Source: Candidatus Micrarchaeota archaeon (GTDB lineage Archaea; Iainarchaeota; Iainarchaeia; Iainarchaeales; JAGVWC01). Taken from it: a stretch of DNA of 64,000 bases. Below the pieces are notes generated by a model that saw nothing but the letters and a program-made list of their open reading frames with translations, was not told where the DNA came from and did no database searches. The stretch covers positions 14,069 through 78,068 of the forward strand of contig JAZDJR010000035.1 of the NCBI GenBank assembly GCA_043803815.1. Reading direction: 5' to 3'. Below are positions 54,816 through 63,886 of this stretch, in pieces; position 1 is the stretch's first letter, and each line of letters starts with the position of its first letter. The translations under genes and the position numbers were made by a program.

Positions 54816-55578
54816 AAAAACCGGAAACAAATTGGGAATTTCCAAGGCGTTCATTCTGGCGGGCGGCCGCGGGGAGCGCCTTGGGGAACTCGGGAAAGAC
54901 AAGCCCAAAGTCATGATGAACGTGCAGGGAAAACCGCTGCTCGAATGGAACATCGAACTGTGCAAAAAGTACGGCATCACACAAATTGTTCTCGGCGTCG
55001 GTTATTTGCACGAGCAAATCGAATCGTATTTCGGCAACGGAAAAAAATTCAGGGTGCAAATCTCGTACAGCGTCGAAAAGGAATTTTTGGGAACCGCCGG
55101 CGCGTTCAAGCTCGCGGAACCATTTTTCGAAAGCGAAAAAAAGTTTGTCATGATGAACGGCGACGAAGTCAAAGACGTTTTGTTTGAAAAACTAAACCAA
55201 GTGTTCGAGTCCGAACAGGCATGGGCCGCGGACGCGCTGGTGCCAACGCCGGATGTTTCCAAGTCCGGTTCGGTAAAACTGGACGGCCATTTTATCACGG
55301 ATTTTTTGGAAAAAAACCCGAAAGCCCAAAACGAAAAAGGGCTTGTGAACGCTGGCGCGTACATTTTGTCCGAAAAAATTTTTGGCTTGATTTTGCCCTG
55401 CCAAAAAGTTTCGATTGAACGGGATATTTTTCCAAGGCTTGCCCGCGACGGGCATATGGTCGGGGTTTCCTGTTTGGGGCAATGGTTTCAGACCGACACT
55501 CTTGAAAAGCTTCAAAAAGCCGAAAACCAATGGAAAACCCGTTTTAATAAAAAAGAAACGCATTTAAACCTGTTTTAA
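54805..55578 (+). CDS. Sugar-phosphate nucleotidyltransferase (mannose-1-P guanylyltransferase/HddC-like)
   Basis: LAGGRGERL, PKVMM, LGTAGA, NGD, FLEK, NAGAY and SIERDIFP. Confidence 0.88.
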   Translation: MDSEKTGNKLGISKAFILAGGRGERLGELGKDKPKVMMNVQGKPLLEWNIELCKKYGITQIVLGVGYLHEQIESYFGNGKKFRVQISYSVEKEFLGTAGAFKLAEPFFESEKKFVMMNGDEVKDVLFEKLNQVFESEQAWAADALVPTPDVSKSGSVKLDGHFITDFLEKNPKAQNEKGLVNAGAYILSEKIFGLILPCQKVSIERDIFPRLARDGHMVGVSCLGQWFQTDTLEKLQKAENQWKTRFNKKETHLNLF

Positions 55579-55598
55579 GATAATTAAACCAGATTTGA

Positions 55599-58352
55599 AT
55601 GGCCCGAAACGTCGCATTCTACATAATCTGTTTGTTGGTTTTGATTCTGGCGGCGCCGATGGCGGGTGCGGTTACGACTGTAAGCCTTGAAATTCAAAAA
55701 ATAATCGGCAATTACACCAATGATAATACGCCCCAATTAACAATTACTGCAGACACTACTGGAACTGCACCCACTATGCGTTTCTTATGCAGCGGAACTA
55801 CATATTCAGACCCTATACCGTTTATATCCCCCGTTACCGATTTTCAAATCAATTCTGGCAATTTTGGCTGCAGCACAGCCGACGGACTCCGCGACATTAA
55901 CGTTCTTATAACCGACGATGATGGCAGTTCGGCTTCAGCGCTTTCATCGGTTACATTAGATACCACTTCGCCAACAGTTACTAATCAAGCACCAGCAAAC
56001 GGCAGTAGCAGCGTTAACAAACGGCCAACCATTGCGTTTGATTTTGCGGATACTGGAATCGGAATAGCAAATCCCTCAGCCCAAGTTGTTTTGCATATTA
56101 ACGGGGACTTTAATTCGTTTACTACCATTACCGCGGGTCACGCGGAATTGGTTCCAACAACGGATTTTCCGGACGGAGTCTACAACATCAGGGCTGATGT
56201 AAACGACGATTTAAACAATAATAACCCTGCAATGTGGACATTTACAGTAGACACCACGGCAGTTGTGTATTCCATTTCGATAAACAACGGTGTCACGGAT
56301 ACCAATCGTCTCGATGTCAATATTTCGGTGAGCGGAGAAACTTCGCTTAACCAATGTCGATTTAAAAATGTAGGCGGAGATTATGGCGCGTGGATTGCCT
56401 TTGCGCCCCAAATGCCTTTCACGCTGACCGGCGCAGACGACAATAATAAAACAGTTATAGGACAGTGTACAGATTCGCTTGGAAATCAAAGCGCGGAATT
56501 CAGCGATTCAATACGGTTGGATACTTCGCCACCCAACATTACCCAGTTTGATGCAGTTCCAACGTCAAGTTCGTCTATTCACCTTACTTGGACAGTTCCC
56601 GACGCGCTGAGCGGAAGCGGATTGTCCCAATTTATTTTAACACAAACCGAACCGAGCGGAACTTCACCTCGAACTATTTCTGGAACTTCATTTGATTATA
56701 ATATAACAGGATTAGCGGCAGATACACTCTATTCGTTTTCATTGGTTGCAAAAGACAATGCTGGAAATTACAGCACACCGCCTAAAACGACATCAACTCG
56801 CACCTTTGCCGGAACTTCGGGCAACAATAACAATAATAACAATAACAACAATGGCAACGGCGGTACGGGCGACACTATTTCCCCGATTGCCAGTTGGGTT
56901 GCTCCTTTGTCGGGTCAGGTTGTCAAGGGAACCGTCAAGCTGCGGGTGAATGCAACGGACAATGTGAGCGTTGCCAGCGTGAAATTTTACATCGATAATG
57001 ACAATGTTATTTACAAGATGGTTGTTTCCCATACCGCCAATGTGTTTGAAACGGATTGGAATTCAACCGCCGTGTCAAACGGTTTGCACACTCTTATTGC
57101 AAGGGCAACGGATACTTCGGGAAACCCCAAAGATGTTCAAATTCCGGTTACCGTAAATAATTCGGCGGTTGATGCCAATGATTTGGACCAAAACAGCGGC
57201 AGTGAAAATGATTCTTTGGACAATTCGGTTCCTTTTGCCGCCCGATTTTCACAGGCAAATTCCGATTGGTTTTCTTTGCTGCTGTTAAGCAATTTTAAGT
57301 CCGATTCGGACGCCACGGCAAAATTGCTGGATGCCCGGCAGAAATTGCTGGAAGCCCAGGCGGCGTTCGATTCGCAGGATGAAGCAAGCGCAAACCAAAA
57401 ACTGGAAGATGCGATTGAAATCATCGGACCTCTAAAAGACTCCCTGGGATTCGGGTCTTTGACCGCGTTTGATTCGCGGCAATTAAACTCGGTCCTGCCC
57501 TATTCTTTTTTGCAATTGCAGCAATTCGGACTTAACAGCGAACTGGCGACGCTTTCATTGCAGGACTCGACTTTGGTTCAGGCCACTCGGGAGTTGTTCG
57601 TCTTTGAGCATACAAACGAAAACGGCGAAAAGGAATATTTTGTCAAACTAGTCGTCAAAATCAAAAACACGTCGGGTGTCCCGCAGGATTTGGAGTTTAT
57701 TGAAATAATCCCAAAATCGCTTTTGCAATCCGCAAGCGGGTTGGTTTCCGATTATTCATTTTCGGTTTTGCAGGATGACCCTTTGGTCCAGTGGTCATTA
57801 AGCCAGGTTCCGTCCGAAAAAGAAATCCGGATTTCGTATGCACCCGTCCGCGCTTTTACCTTGGATGAAGTCCGGCAAATGCTGGATGGAAAAACGCTTT
57901 CCGAATTCCAGAACCGGCCGCTTTTGGTCACCAAAAAAAACACTGAAAACAAAAACGTGCTGGCGTCAACTCCGTGGCTGGCGGGTTTTTCCCTGTTATC
58001 CAACGCTCCGTTGGTTTTGATTGGATTTGTCATTTTGCTGTGGTTTTTTGTGCTTTCGCTTGGATACTGGAACCTCAAGCGAAACGACCCGGTTTTCTCC
58101 TTTGAAACCGCATCCGTCGAAGAAAACAAGCCAATCTGGTTTTCAAGATTAAACCGAAAAATAATATCCCCCCAACCCGCCGCAAAACCGCAAGCGGGGA
58201 TTCCTTTGCTTTGGAATAACAACGCACCCGTGCAAAAAAACGCCTTGGCCAAGCTAATCGAAGGCGACAAGCGGCCCAACCTGCAGCCCAGGCCGATTCA
58301 AGGCGAACCGGTTAACTGGTGGAAAGAAAACAAGCGCCCGCCCGCCAACTAA
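55599..58352 (+). CDS. Large secreted cell-surface protein with Ig-like (Big) and FN3 domains, poly-Asn linker and C-terminal TM anchor
   Basis: Signal peptide, repeated DTTxP...DxxGN beta-sandwiches, an FN3-like IHLTW...GLAADTLYSF segment, and a TM helix near the C-terminus. Confidence 0.8.
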   Translation: MARNVAFYIICLLVLILAAPMAGAVTTVSLEIQKIIGNYTNDNTPQLTITADTTGTAPTMRFLCSGTTYSDPIPFISPVTDFQINSGNFGCSTADGLRDINVLITDDDGSSASALSSVTLDTTSPTVTNQAPANGSSSVNKRPTIAFDFADTGIGIANPSAQVVLHINGDFNSFTTITAGHAELVPTTDFPDGVYNIRADVNDDLNNNNPAMWTFTVDTTAVVYSISINNGVTDTNRLDVNISVSGETSLNQCRFKNVGGDYGAWIAFAPQMPFTLTGADDNNKTVIGQCTDSLGNQSAEFSDSIRLDTSPPNITQFDAVPTSSSSIHLTWTVPDALSGSGLSQFILTQTEPSGTSPRTISGTSFDYNITGLAADTLYSFSLVAKDNAGNYSTPPKTTSTRTFAGTSGNNNNNNNNNNGNGGTGDTISPIASWVAPLSGQVVKGTVKLRVNATDNVSVASVKFYIDNDNVIYKMVVSHTANVFETDWNSTAVSNGLHTLIARATDTSGNPKDVQIPVTVNNSAVDANDLDQNSGSENDSLDNSVPFAARFSQANSDWFSLLLLSNFKSDSDATAKLLDARQKLLEAQAAFDSQDEASANQKLEDAIEIIGPLKDSLGFGSLTAFDSRQLNSVLPYSFLQLQQFGLNSELATLSLQDSTLVQATRELFVFEHTNENGEKEYFVKLVVKIKNTSGVPQDLEFIEIIPKSLLQSASGLVSDYSFSVLQDDPLVQWSLSQVPSEKEIRISYAPVRAFTLDEVRQMLDGKTLSEFQNRPLLVTKKNTENKNVLASTPWLAGFSLLSNAPLVLIGFVILLWFFVLSLGYWNLKRNDPVFSFETASVEENKPIWFSRLNRKIISPQPAAKPQAGIPLLWNNNAPVQKNALAKLIEGDKRPNLQPRPIQGEPVNWWKENKRPPAN
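56823..56852 (+). repeat. (AAC/AAT)10 trinucleotide tract encoding poly-Asn
   Basis: aacaataacaataataacaataacaacaat is in frame within the surface protein. Confidence 0.9.
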
Positions 58353-58454
58353 ACAACCTTGCTTTTTGGCCAAAAAAGGAATTTTTTGATAAATGGCTTT
58401 TTTAATTGATTGCGATTTTTTAGTATCAGAAAATCCTTTTTTGACGTGATTGGG

Positions 58455-59606
58455 ATGGTTTCTCAAAATATTACGATTGTCGGAGCGGGGCCTGCGGGCC
58501 TTTCCACGGCTAAATACCTGTGCGAACAGGGGCTTTTGTGCACGGTTCTTGAAGAACACGCGGAAATCGGGCGCCCCGTCAACTGTTCGGGCCTGTTAAG
58601 CATTGACGGCAGCCAAAAAGCGGGACTACCGATTACGGATGACATTACAGTTAACCGGTTTCGCGGCGCCCGCTTGTACGCGCCGGATAATTCGCTTTTG
58701 ACCGTTGAAAAGTTCAAGCCGGTTGCCAATCTGGTGAACCGCGACGAATTGGACCAGGCTATGGCAATGCAAGCCGAAAAAGCGGGAGCCCAAATCCGGA
58801 CCAAAACGCGCCTGATTGATATCCGAAACAATACCTTGTTTTTGGAATCCAATGGCAGGGGAGAAATACTCAAGACCAATATTATTGTCGGAGCCGACGG
58901 CCCGAGTTCCAAAGTGCGCAATTTGTCCGGCATTGCAACCGACATGAACCATTTTATTCATTCGTATCAGGTCAAAGCCAAGGGAAATTTCGACCCCGAC
59001 TTTGTGGAAATTTATTTCGGCGGATTTGCCTGGAATTTTTTTGCATGGGTCATTCCGGAAAGCAAAACCCGCGCGCGAATCGGCCTTGGATGCAAAACCG
59101 GCCTGAATCCCAAAAAACAATTTGCGGGGTTTTTGCAGCAAAAAAAAATCGAGGTGGACGTGCTGGAAGAATCCAGTTTTTTGATTCCCTGCCGAAAGCC
59201 GCTGCAAAATCTCGTGGTTGACAACCGATTGCTTGTTGGAGACGCCGCGTTTCAAGTCAAAAGTTCGACCGGCGGAGGCGTAATCTTTTCAGCGCTTGCC
59301 GGAAAAGCGGCCGCCGAAAGCATCGCGGAGCACATTGTCCAAAAAAAACCATTGGCGGTTTACAACCAAAAAACGGAAGCGATGCGCAAAGAACTCGAGC
59401 TTCACTGGAAAATCCACAACTATTTCGCGTCCTTAACCGACCAGCAAATCAACAGGCTGTTTGCAAAGCTCAAAAACGCAAAAATCGAGCAATTTTTGGC
59501 TGAGCGCGGCAACATGGATTATCCAAGCCAGTTCATTCCGGCCTTGCTAAGAAACCCGCGCATTTTATTGATGCTGCCCGACGCAATCAAATTCTGGCAA
59601 AGCTGA
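58455..59606 (+). CDS. Geranylgeranyl reductase family (digeranylgeranylglycerophospholipid reductase-like)
   Basis: VGAGPAG, PVNCSG (PxxCxG), GADG, FAWVIP and VGDAA...TGGG. Confidence 0.9.
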   Translation: MVSQNITIVGAGPAGLSTAKYLCEQGLLCTVLEEHAEIGRPVNCSGLLSIDGSQKAGLPITDDITVNRFRGARLYAPDNSLLTVEKFKPVANLVNRDELDQAMAMQAEKAGAQIRTKTRLIDIRNNTLFLESNGRGEILKTNIIVGADGPSSKVRNLSGIATDMNHFIHSYQVKAKGNFDPDFVEIYFGGFAWNFFAWVIPESKTRARIGLGCKTGLNPKKQFAGFLQQKKIEVDVLEESSFLIPCRKPLQNLVVDNRLLVGDAAFQVKSSTGGGVIFSALAGKAAAESIAEHIVQKKPLAVYNQKTEAMRKELELHWKIHNYFASLTDQQINRLFAKLKNAKIEQFLAERGNMDYPSQFIPALLRNPRILLMLPDAIKFWQS

Positions 59607-59804
59607 ATCTGCTTTTGATTCACCAAAAAAAAAGAACCGGAAAAATATAAAATTTCGGGCATATTCCCAAAATAAATTATATTTTCAAAAACGAATTATA
59701 TTCCTAAGAACTCTGTAGAAATCCTTTAAAAATACGCAAAAAGGTTCCGTAAAATTCGCAAATTCGCCAATTAAACCAATTTTAATTTTCGGTTTTGAGG
59801 ATTT

Positions 59805-60226
59805 TTACACCGCCATTCCCAAGACAAGTTTGAAAAAGAACCATTGAACGCCTTCCCAAAAACCGTTGGGCAGGTATTGGATTTCGCCCAATCGAAGAAG
59901 GTTTTTGGCTTCGGCCTGCACATCGGCCGCGTTTTCAAGAGCGGTAATCGCCGCGGGGGTAATGGTACTGGTTCCGCGAAAAGTCAAAGCTGATTCAAAA
60001 AGTGGCTGGATGGAATTGTTTTCGATGCGAAACCAATATTCCCGGTTTCCGCCGGGCGAGGCATACACGATTTTGAAGCTGCCGTATCCGAACGAGGCCA
60101 AAGCCGGCGGAACGGTAAAGAGCTGTTCTGGTTTTCCGGAGAAATCGTATCGGCCAAAACCGTGTGAACCGCGGCCGCTAAAAAAATCGCTGCAATCAAA
60201 ACCAAGCCGGATTTTGAATTGATCAG
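59805..60226 (-). pseudogene. Frameshifted gene for a small secreted protein (or an assembly error)
   Basis: The signal-peptide frame (INSKSGLVLIAAIFLAAAVHTVLA) and the globular-domain frame (QLFTVPPAL...GEIQYLPNGFW) are offset by one base near 60115-60135. The start is uncertain. Confidence 0.55.
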
Positions 60227-60270
60227 TTTTAGGATTGCTCAAAGAATTTAAAAACCCGAAGATTTGCTTT

Positions 60271-61590
60271 TCATTCGGCGGGCAAAAGAAGGATTGGCCT
60301 TTTTTTTTGGCTGAAATGATATGCTCCGCCGATGGCGGTCAGCCCGATTCCGGTAGCAATGACTGGCAAAGGCATGGAAACCATCAGGGTAACGCTGACC
60401 AAAATTCCGATGACCGGCAAAACGGGGATTTTTCCAATGGAAATCGGAACCCTAAACGGCCGCACAAAACCGGGATGCTTTTGCCGCAATTGGATTACCG
60501 ACGCGTTCACAAGAACAAACGCGGCAAACAATAAAAACGCGGTCGCGTTGGCCACAAACGAAATGTCCCCCACAAACAAAAACAAAAGCGAAATTAGGGC
60601 GCATACAATAATAGCCAGGGCGGGAGAATGCGTTTTGGGATTAATTCCCGCCAATGGCTCGGGCAAATTGTTGTCGCGCGCCATGCCGTAAACAATCCGC
60701 GAAACCACGAGCAAAAACAGCAATACCGTGTTGCCCGTTGCAAACAACGCGATCAGGGACAATACCCAAAATCCCGCCGGGCCCAAAGCGGTGCTGGCAA
60801 CATCCGCCAGCGGAGCGCTGGACACCGCCAATTGGTTCGGATTCACAATGGATATAGCCGCAATAGCCACCAAAACATAGAGCACGGAACTGATAATAAT
60901 GGCCAAAATCAGGGCTTTGGGAATTGTTTTGGTGGGATTTTTGGTTTCCTCGCTTAAGCGCACGATGTCTTCAAAGCCGATGAATGCGAAAAAAATCAGG
61001 GCCGCCGCGCCGAGCACATTCGCGGCCGGAATGGCGGCATCATATAATGGAATGCTTCCGATTAAAGGAAAACCCAAAAAAATGATGATGAGCAATCCGG
61101 CGGTTTCAACGATCGTAAAAAAAGTCCCGATGTTCGCGCTTTCCCGAATGCCGCGCAGGACGATTAAGGCCGACAAAACGGTTAAGCCGATGGCCGCAAA
61201 AAATGCGGATATTCCGGTTAAGCGTTCAAAATATCCGCCAAAACCCAAGGCAACGGTTGCAATCGAAATGATTCCGGCGCAGATTACCATCCAGCCCGCC
61301 AAAAAACCCAGGCGCTCGGAAAAAGCGGTTTTGACATAATCGAATTCCGCTCCCGCTTTGGGAAGCATGGAGGACAATTCCGCGTAGCTTAGTCCGGTAA
61401 TGGCGGCCACAATCGCGCCGATAACAAATGAAATCCAAATATTTACGCCCGCAATCGCGACTCCTTCGCCGATCAGCGCGTAAATTCCGGCGCCTAAAAT
61501 AATGCCCACGCCGATTAAAGTGGTGCTCCAAAGTCCCAGCTCGCGCTTTAATCTTGGTTTTTGGGAGTAGTGCTTTTGATAATGGGTCAT
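60271..61590 (-). CDS. APC-family amino acid permease
   Basis: LKRELGL, GIILGAGIY, YAELSSMLPKAG, FFAFIGFE and EETKNP, with 12 TM segments. Confidence 0.93.
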   Translation of the reverse strand: MTHYQKHYSQKPRLKRELGLWSTTLIGVGIILGAGIYALIGEGVAIAGVNIWISFVIGAIVAAITGLSYAELSSMLPKAGAEFDYVKTAFSERLGFLAGWMVICAGIISIATVALGFGGYFERLTGISAFFAAIGLTVLSALIVLRGIRESANIGTFFTIVETAGLLIIIFLGFPLIGSIPLYDAAIPAANVLGAAALIFFAFIGFEDIVRLSEETKNPTKTIPKALILAIIISSVLYVLVAIAAISIVNPNQLAVSSAPLADVASTALGPAGFWVLSLIALFATGNTVLLFLLVVSRIVYGMARDNNLPEPLAGINPKTHSPALAIIVCALISLLFLFVGDISFVANATAFLLFAAFVLVNASVIQLRQKHPGFVRPFRVPISIGKIPVLPVIGILVSVTLMVSMPLPVIATGIGLTAIGGAYHFSQKKRPILLLPAE

Positions 61591-61676
61591 TGTACAAAAA
61601 AAGGAAATGCCGGTTAATAAAATTTTAGGTTGGCGGCGATTTCATGCATCGGAATAAATAGTTTTTTCCGTGAAAT

Positions 61677-62045
61677 TCACGGTTTTTCAGAACATGCCCA
61701 GTCCAACTTGTCCCCGATTTGAATTCCTTTTGCGGCTCCAACGGGAAGTTCCGCCAGAAAACGGGAAGGGTTTTTTGGGGTATAATTCAAGGTCCACGGC
61801 GAAATCGCGGTTTTGATGTCGGTGACTTTCTTTTTCTCGTCCAGATAAACCAAATCGATGGGGAAAAAAACGAACAGCATGTGGATGCTGGCACCCGTTT
61901 TTTTTTCGCTTCCAAAATCAAAAATCAATGCGTAATCAAACGATTCTTTTTTTTCAAGCATCAATCCCCTGAATTTTTTGAAAAAAGAATCCGCAAACCG
62001 GGTTTTTTCCGTTATTTTTTTGTTTTGGGTTTTGTTGAACAGCAT
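61677..62045 (-). CDS. DUF192 family protein
   Basis: ADSFFKKFRGLM, IHMLFVFFPIDLVYLD and ELP...GD. Confidence 0.88.
   Translation of the reverse strand: MLFNKTQNKKITEKTRFADSFFKKFRGLMLEKKESFDYALIFDFGSEKKTGASIHMLFVFFPIDLVYLDEKKKVTDIKTAISPWTLNYTPKNPSRFLAELPVGAAKGIQIGDKLDWACSEKP
62015..62045 (+). repeat. Imperfect 31-bp direct repeat, copy 1 (DUF192 codons 1-10)
   Basis: tttttttgttttgggttttgttgaacagcat matches 62800-62830 at 28 of 31 positions. Confidence 0.8.
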
Positions 62046-62049
62046 ATTT

Positions 62050-62457
62050 TCACGGTTGTTTTTGGTCTGTTAACTCATGTACGGAGTAAACGGCGACTTC
62101 CGATTGTTGTTTGAGCATTTTATCGTTGCTTAAAATAGGGCAGCTTTCTCTGATGGCCAAAGCAAAGAACGGCCAGTCGTCTTTGTCCGGTGAAATCGCT
62201 TTGGCTTTTGTTTTAAATTTTCCATATTCCTCTTTGGGAATGAGTTTAACATATCGGAAGACGGCGTTCAAAAGCGTTTGCAATTCGTCGCCGGTTAATC
62301 CGGCTTTTTTTTGGATTTCGTCTTTATGCTCTTCGATTTCAATCCGGATAAATTCGGGCGCAATGAATTGGAATTCGTCATTGAACAGCAAATCAAGCGA
62401 ATAGTTTTGCGCAATCAGCGCCGCAAAGACGACATTGGAGTCCACCACGAGCCGCAT
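62050..62457 (-). CDS. PIN-domain (VapC-like) toxin
   Basis: LVVDSNVVFAAL, E, DKDDWPFFALA and SNDK acidic PIN residues. Confidence 0.88.
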   Translation of the reverse strand: MRLVVDSNVVFAALIAQNYSLDLLFNDEFQFIAPEFIRIEIEEHKDEIQKKAGLTGDELQTLLNAVFRYVKLIPKEEYGKFKTKAKAISPDKDDWPFFALAIRESCPILSNDKMLKQQSEVAVYSVHELTDQKQP

Positions 62458-62460
62458 GGT

Positions 62461-62682
62461 TTATTCCTCGTGTCGCTTGGCAATTCCGCGGTTGATTTTG
62501 CGTCCCAGTTCCAAAGCGTCTTTTTCCGTGAGTTTGGATTTGGCCGTGATTTGCTTTAATAATTTTAATTCGTGAATCTTTTCGGCAAAGGCTTGGCGTG
62601 CCACTTCCGACCAGTTAATCACCGGAAATCTGTCCATTTCGTTTTTCAGGTCCTTGGGAACCGCTAACGTCATATTAGTCAT
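62461..62682 (-). CDS. Ribbon-helix-helix (CopG-like) antitoxin
   Basis: MTNMTLAVPKDLKNEM...INWSEVARQA, 73 aa, ending 3 nt upstream of the PIN gene. Confidence 0.82.
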   Translation of the reverse strand: MTNMTLAVPKDLKNEMDRFPVINWSEVARQAFAEKIHELKLLKQITAKSKLTEKDALELGRKINRGIAKRHEE

Positions 62683-62692
62683 TTTACCACTT

Positions 62693-62707
62693 CACATATA
62701 TTATGTG
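62693..62707. promoter_or_regulatory. Inverted repeat CACATA-N3-TATGTG, candidate antitoxin operator
   Basis: Lies between the minus-strand TTTATA box (about 62715-62720) and the antitoxin ATG (62682). Confidence 0.6.
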
Positions 62708-62749
62708 TTATAAGTATAAATACGTATCGGCTCATTTTCGATGGGCCGT

Positions 62750-62830
62750 TCAGCCCGGCTTTGGAGCCGAACCTCTTCGCGGCTTTTTGACGGCGGCTGT
62801 TTTTTTGTTTTGGGTCTGGTTGAAAAGCAT
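62750..62830 (-). pseudogene. Truncated duplicate of the DUF192 5' end (contains repeat copy 2, 62800-62830)
   Basis: Reads MLFNQTQNKK-TAAVKKPRRGSAPKPG*, compared with MLFNKTQNKK- for DUF192. Confidence 0.65.
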
Positions 62831-62840
62831 GAAAAAACCG

Positions 62841-63047
62841 CTACTGTTCCTTTTTTTTGTCTTTTAGGACTTCCAAGGAAGGCACCTGGATTTCTTCGAT
62901 TAAGTGTTCGGTCTGGACGGGTCGCGGTTCGAAGCGTTCGAGCCTGTTTTCAAGCTTGTTGATTTCGGAAATCTTGGCTTTAAGTCGGTGCAAAATCGCT
63001 TTTTTCCGGCTTAAAACCGACCCGCTTTTGGCATCTTTAGCGTTCAT
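62841..63047 (-). CDS. Small hypothetical coiled-coil protein
   Basis: A 68-aa ORF starting MNAKDAK, about 25 nt after a TTTAAA box and divergent from uppS. Confidence 0.5.
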   Translation of the reverse strand: MNAKDAKSGSVLSRKKAILHRLKAKISEINKLENRLERFEPRPVQTEHLIEEIQVPSLEVLKDKKKEQ

Positions 63048-63161
63048 ACGGTTAGTTGTCGCAAACCCTGTTTTTAAACGTTTTGAACCCAATCTTTTAA
63101 AAACAAAAAAACCCCTTTATTAAGGTTAAACCCAGATTTTGAATTTGAAAAAGGATTGAAT

Positions 63162-63863
63162 ATGGCATTGCAATCAATTGCATTTATTCCGGACGGCAAC
63201 CGTCGCTATGCCAAAGTCCACCAGATTTCGCTTTTGCAAAGCTACCAGCTGGGCACCCAAAAAGCATGGGACGTCATCGACTGGCTCAAGCCCTACAAAA
63301 ACATCAAAAGCGGAACTTTTTACACCTTGTCCCTTGAAAACCTGACCCGCAAAAAAAACGAAATCGGCTTATTGCTGAAAGTTTTTGAAAGAGAAATCGA
63401 CAAGGCGCTTAATTCGCCGGTTTTTGAGAAAGACGACCTGAAACTCCAATTTGTGGGAAGATTAAACGCGTTTCCAAAAAAAATCCAGGACAAAATGAAA
63501 AAATTGCAGGAACGGACCGAAAACTTCAAATCCAAAACCATCAACCTTGCCTTGGGTTACAGCGGGCAGGCCGAAATCGCGGACGCCGCCAAAAAAATCG
63601 CGGAGGATTATCAAAACAACAAAATCGATTTGACAAAGCTGGACGAAAAAAAATTCCGCGAATATTTATACAACCCGCTGATGGCAGACCCCGACCTGAT
63701 TATCCGAACCAGCGGCACCCAGCGCTTAAGCGGCTTTTTAACCTACCAAAGCGCGTACTCCGAACTGCTGTTTTGCAATAAATACTGGCCCGAATTCGAA
63801 AAAAGCGATTTGGATTTTGCCGTCCGCGACTTTGACAACCGCCAAAGAAACTTCGGAAAATGA
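63162..63863 (+). CDS. uppS: Cis-prenyltransferase (polyprenyl diphosphate synthase)
   Basis: IPDGNRRYA, YTLSLENL, GYSGQAEI and PDLIIRTSGTQRLSGFL...RNFG. Confidence 0.95.
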   Translation: MALQSIAFIPDGNRRYAKVHQISLLQSYQLGTQKAWDVIDWLKPYKNIKSGTFYTLSLENLTRKKNEIGLLLKVFEREIDKALNSPVFEKDDLKLQFVGRLNAFPKKIQDKMKKLQERTENFKSKTINLALGYSGQAEIADAAKKIAEDYQNNKIDLTKLDEKKFREYLYNPLMADPDLIIRTSGTQRLSGFLTYQSAYSELLFCNKYWPEFEKSDLDFAVRDFDNRQRNFGK

Positions 63864-63865
63864 CG

Positions 63866-63886
63866 ATAGGGGGCTACGCCCCCTAT
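63866..63886. terminator. GC-rich perfect hairpin ATAGGGGGC-TAC-GCCCCCTAT (terminator or REP-like element)
   Basis: A 9-bp perfect stem starting 2 nt after the uppS stop, followed by a second imperfect stem at about 63902-63936. Confidence 0.55.

Noticed and set aside
59607-59804. AT-rich 200-bp gap with short repeats (AATTATATT twice, AAATTCGC twice) as an origin or ncRNA
   Set aside because: No ORB-like boxes, no adjacent cdc6/orc1 gene and no convincing structure. It lies between convergent genes.
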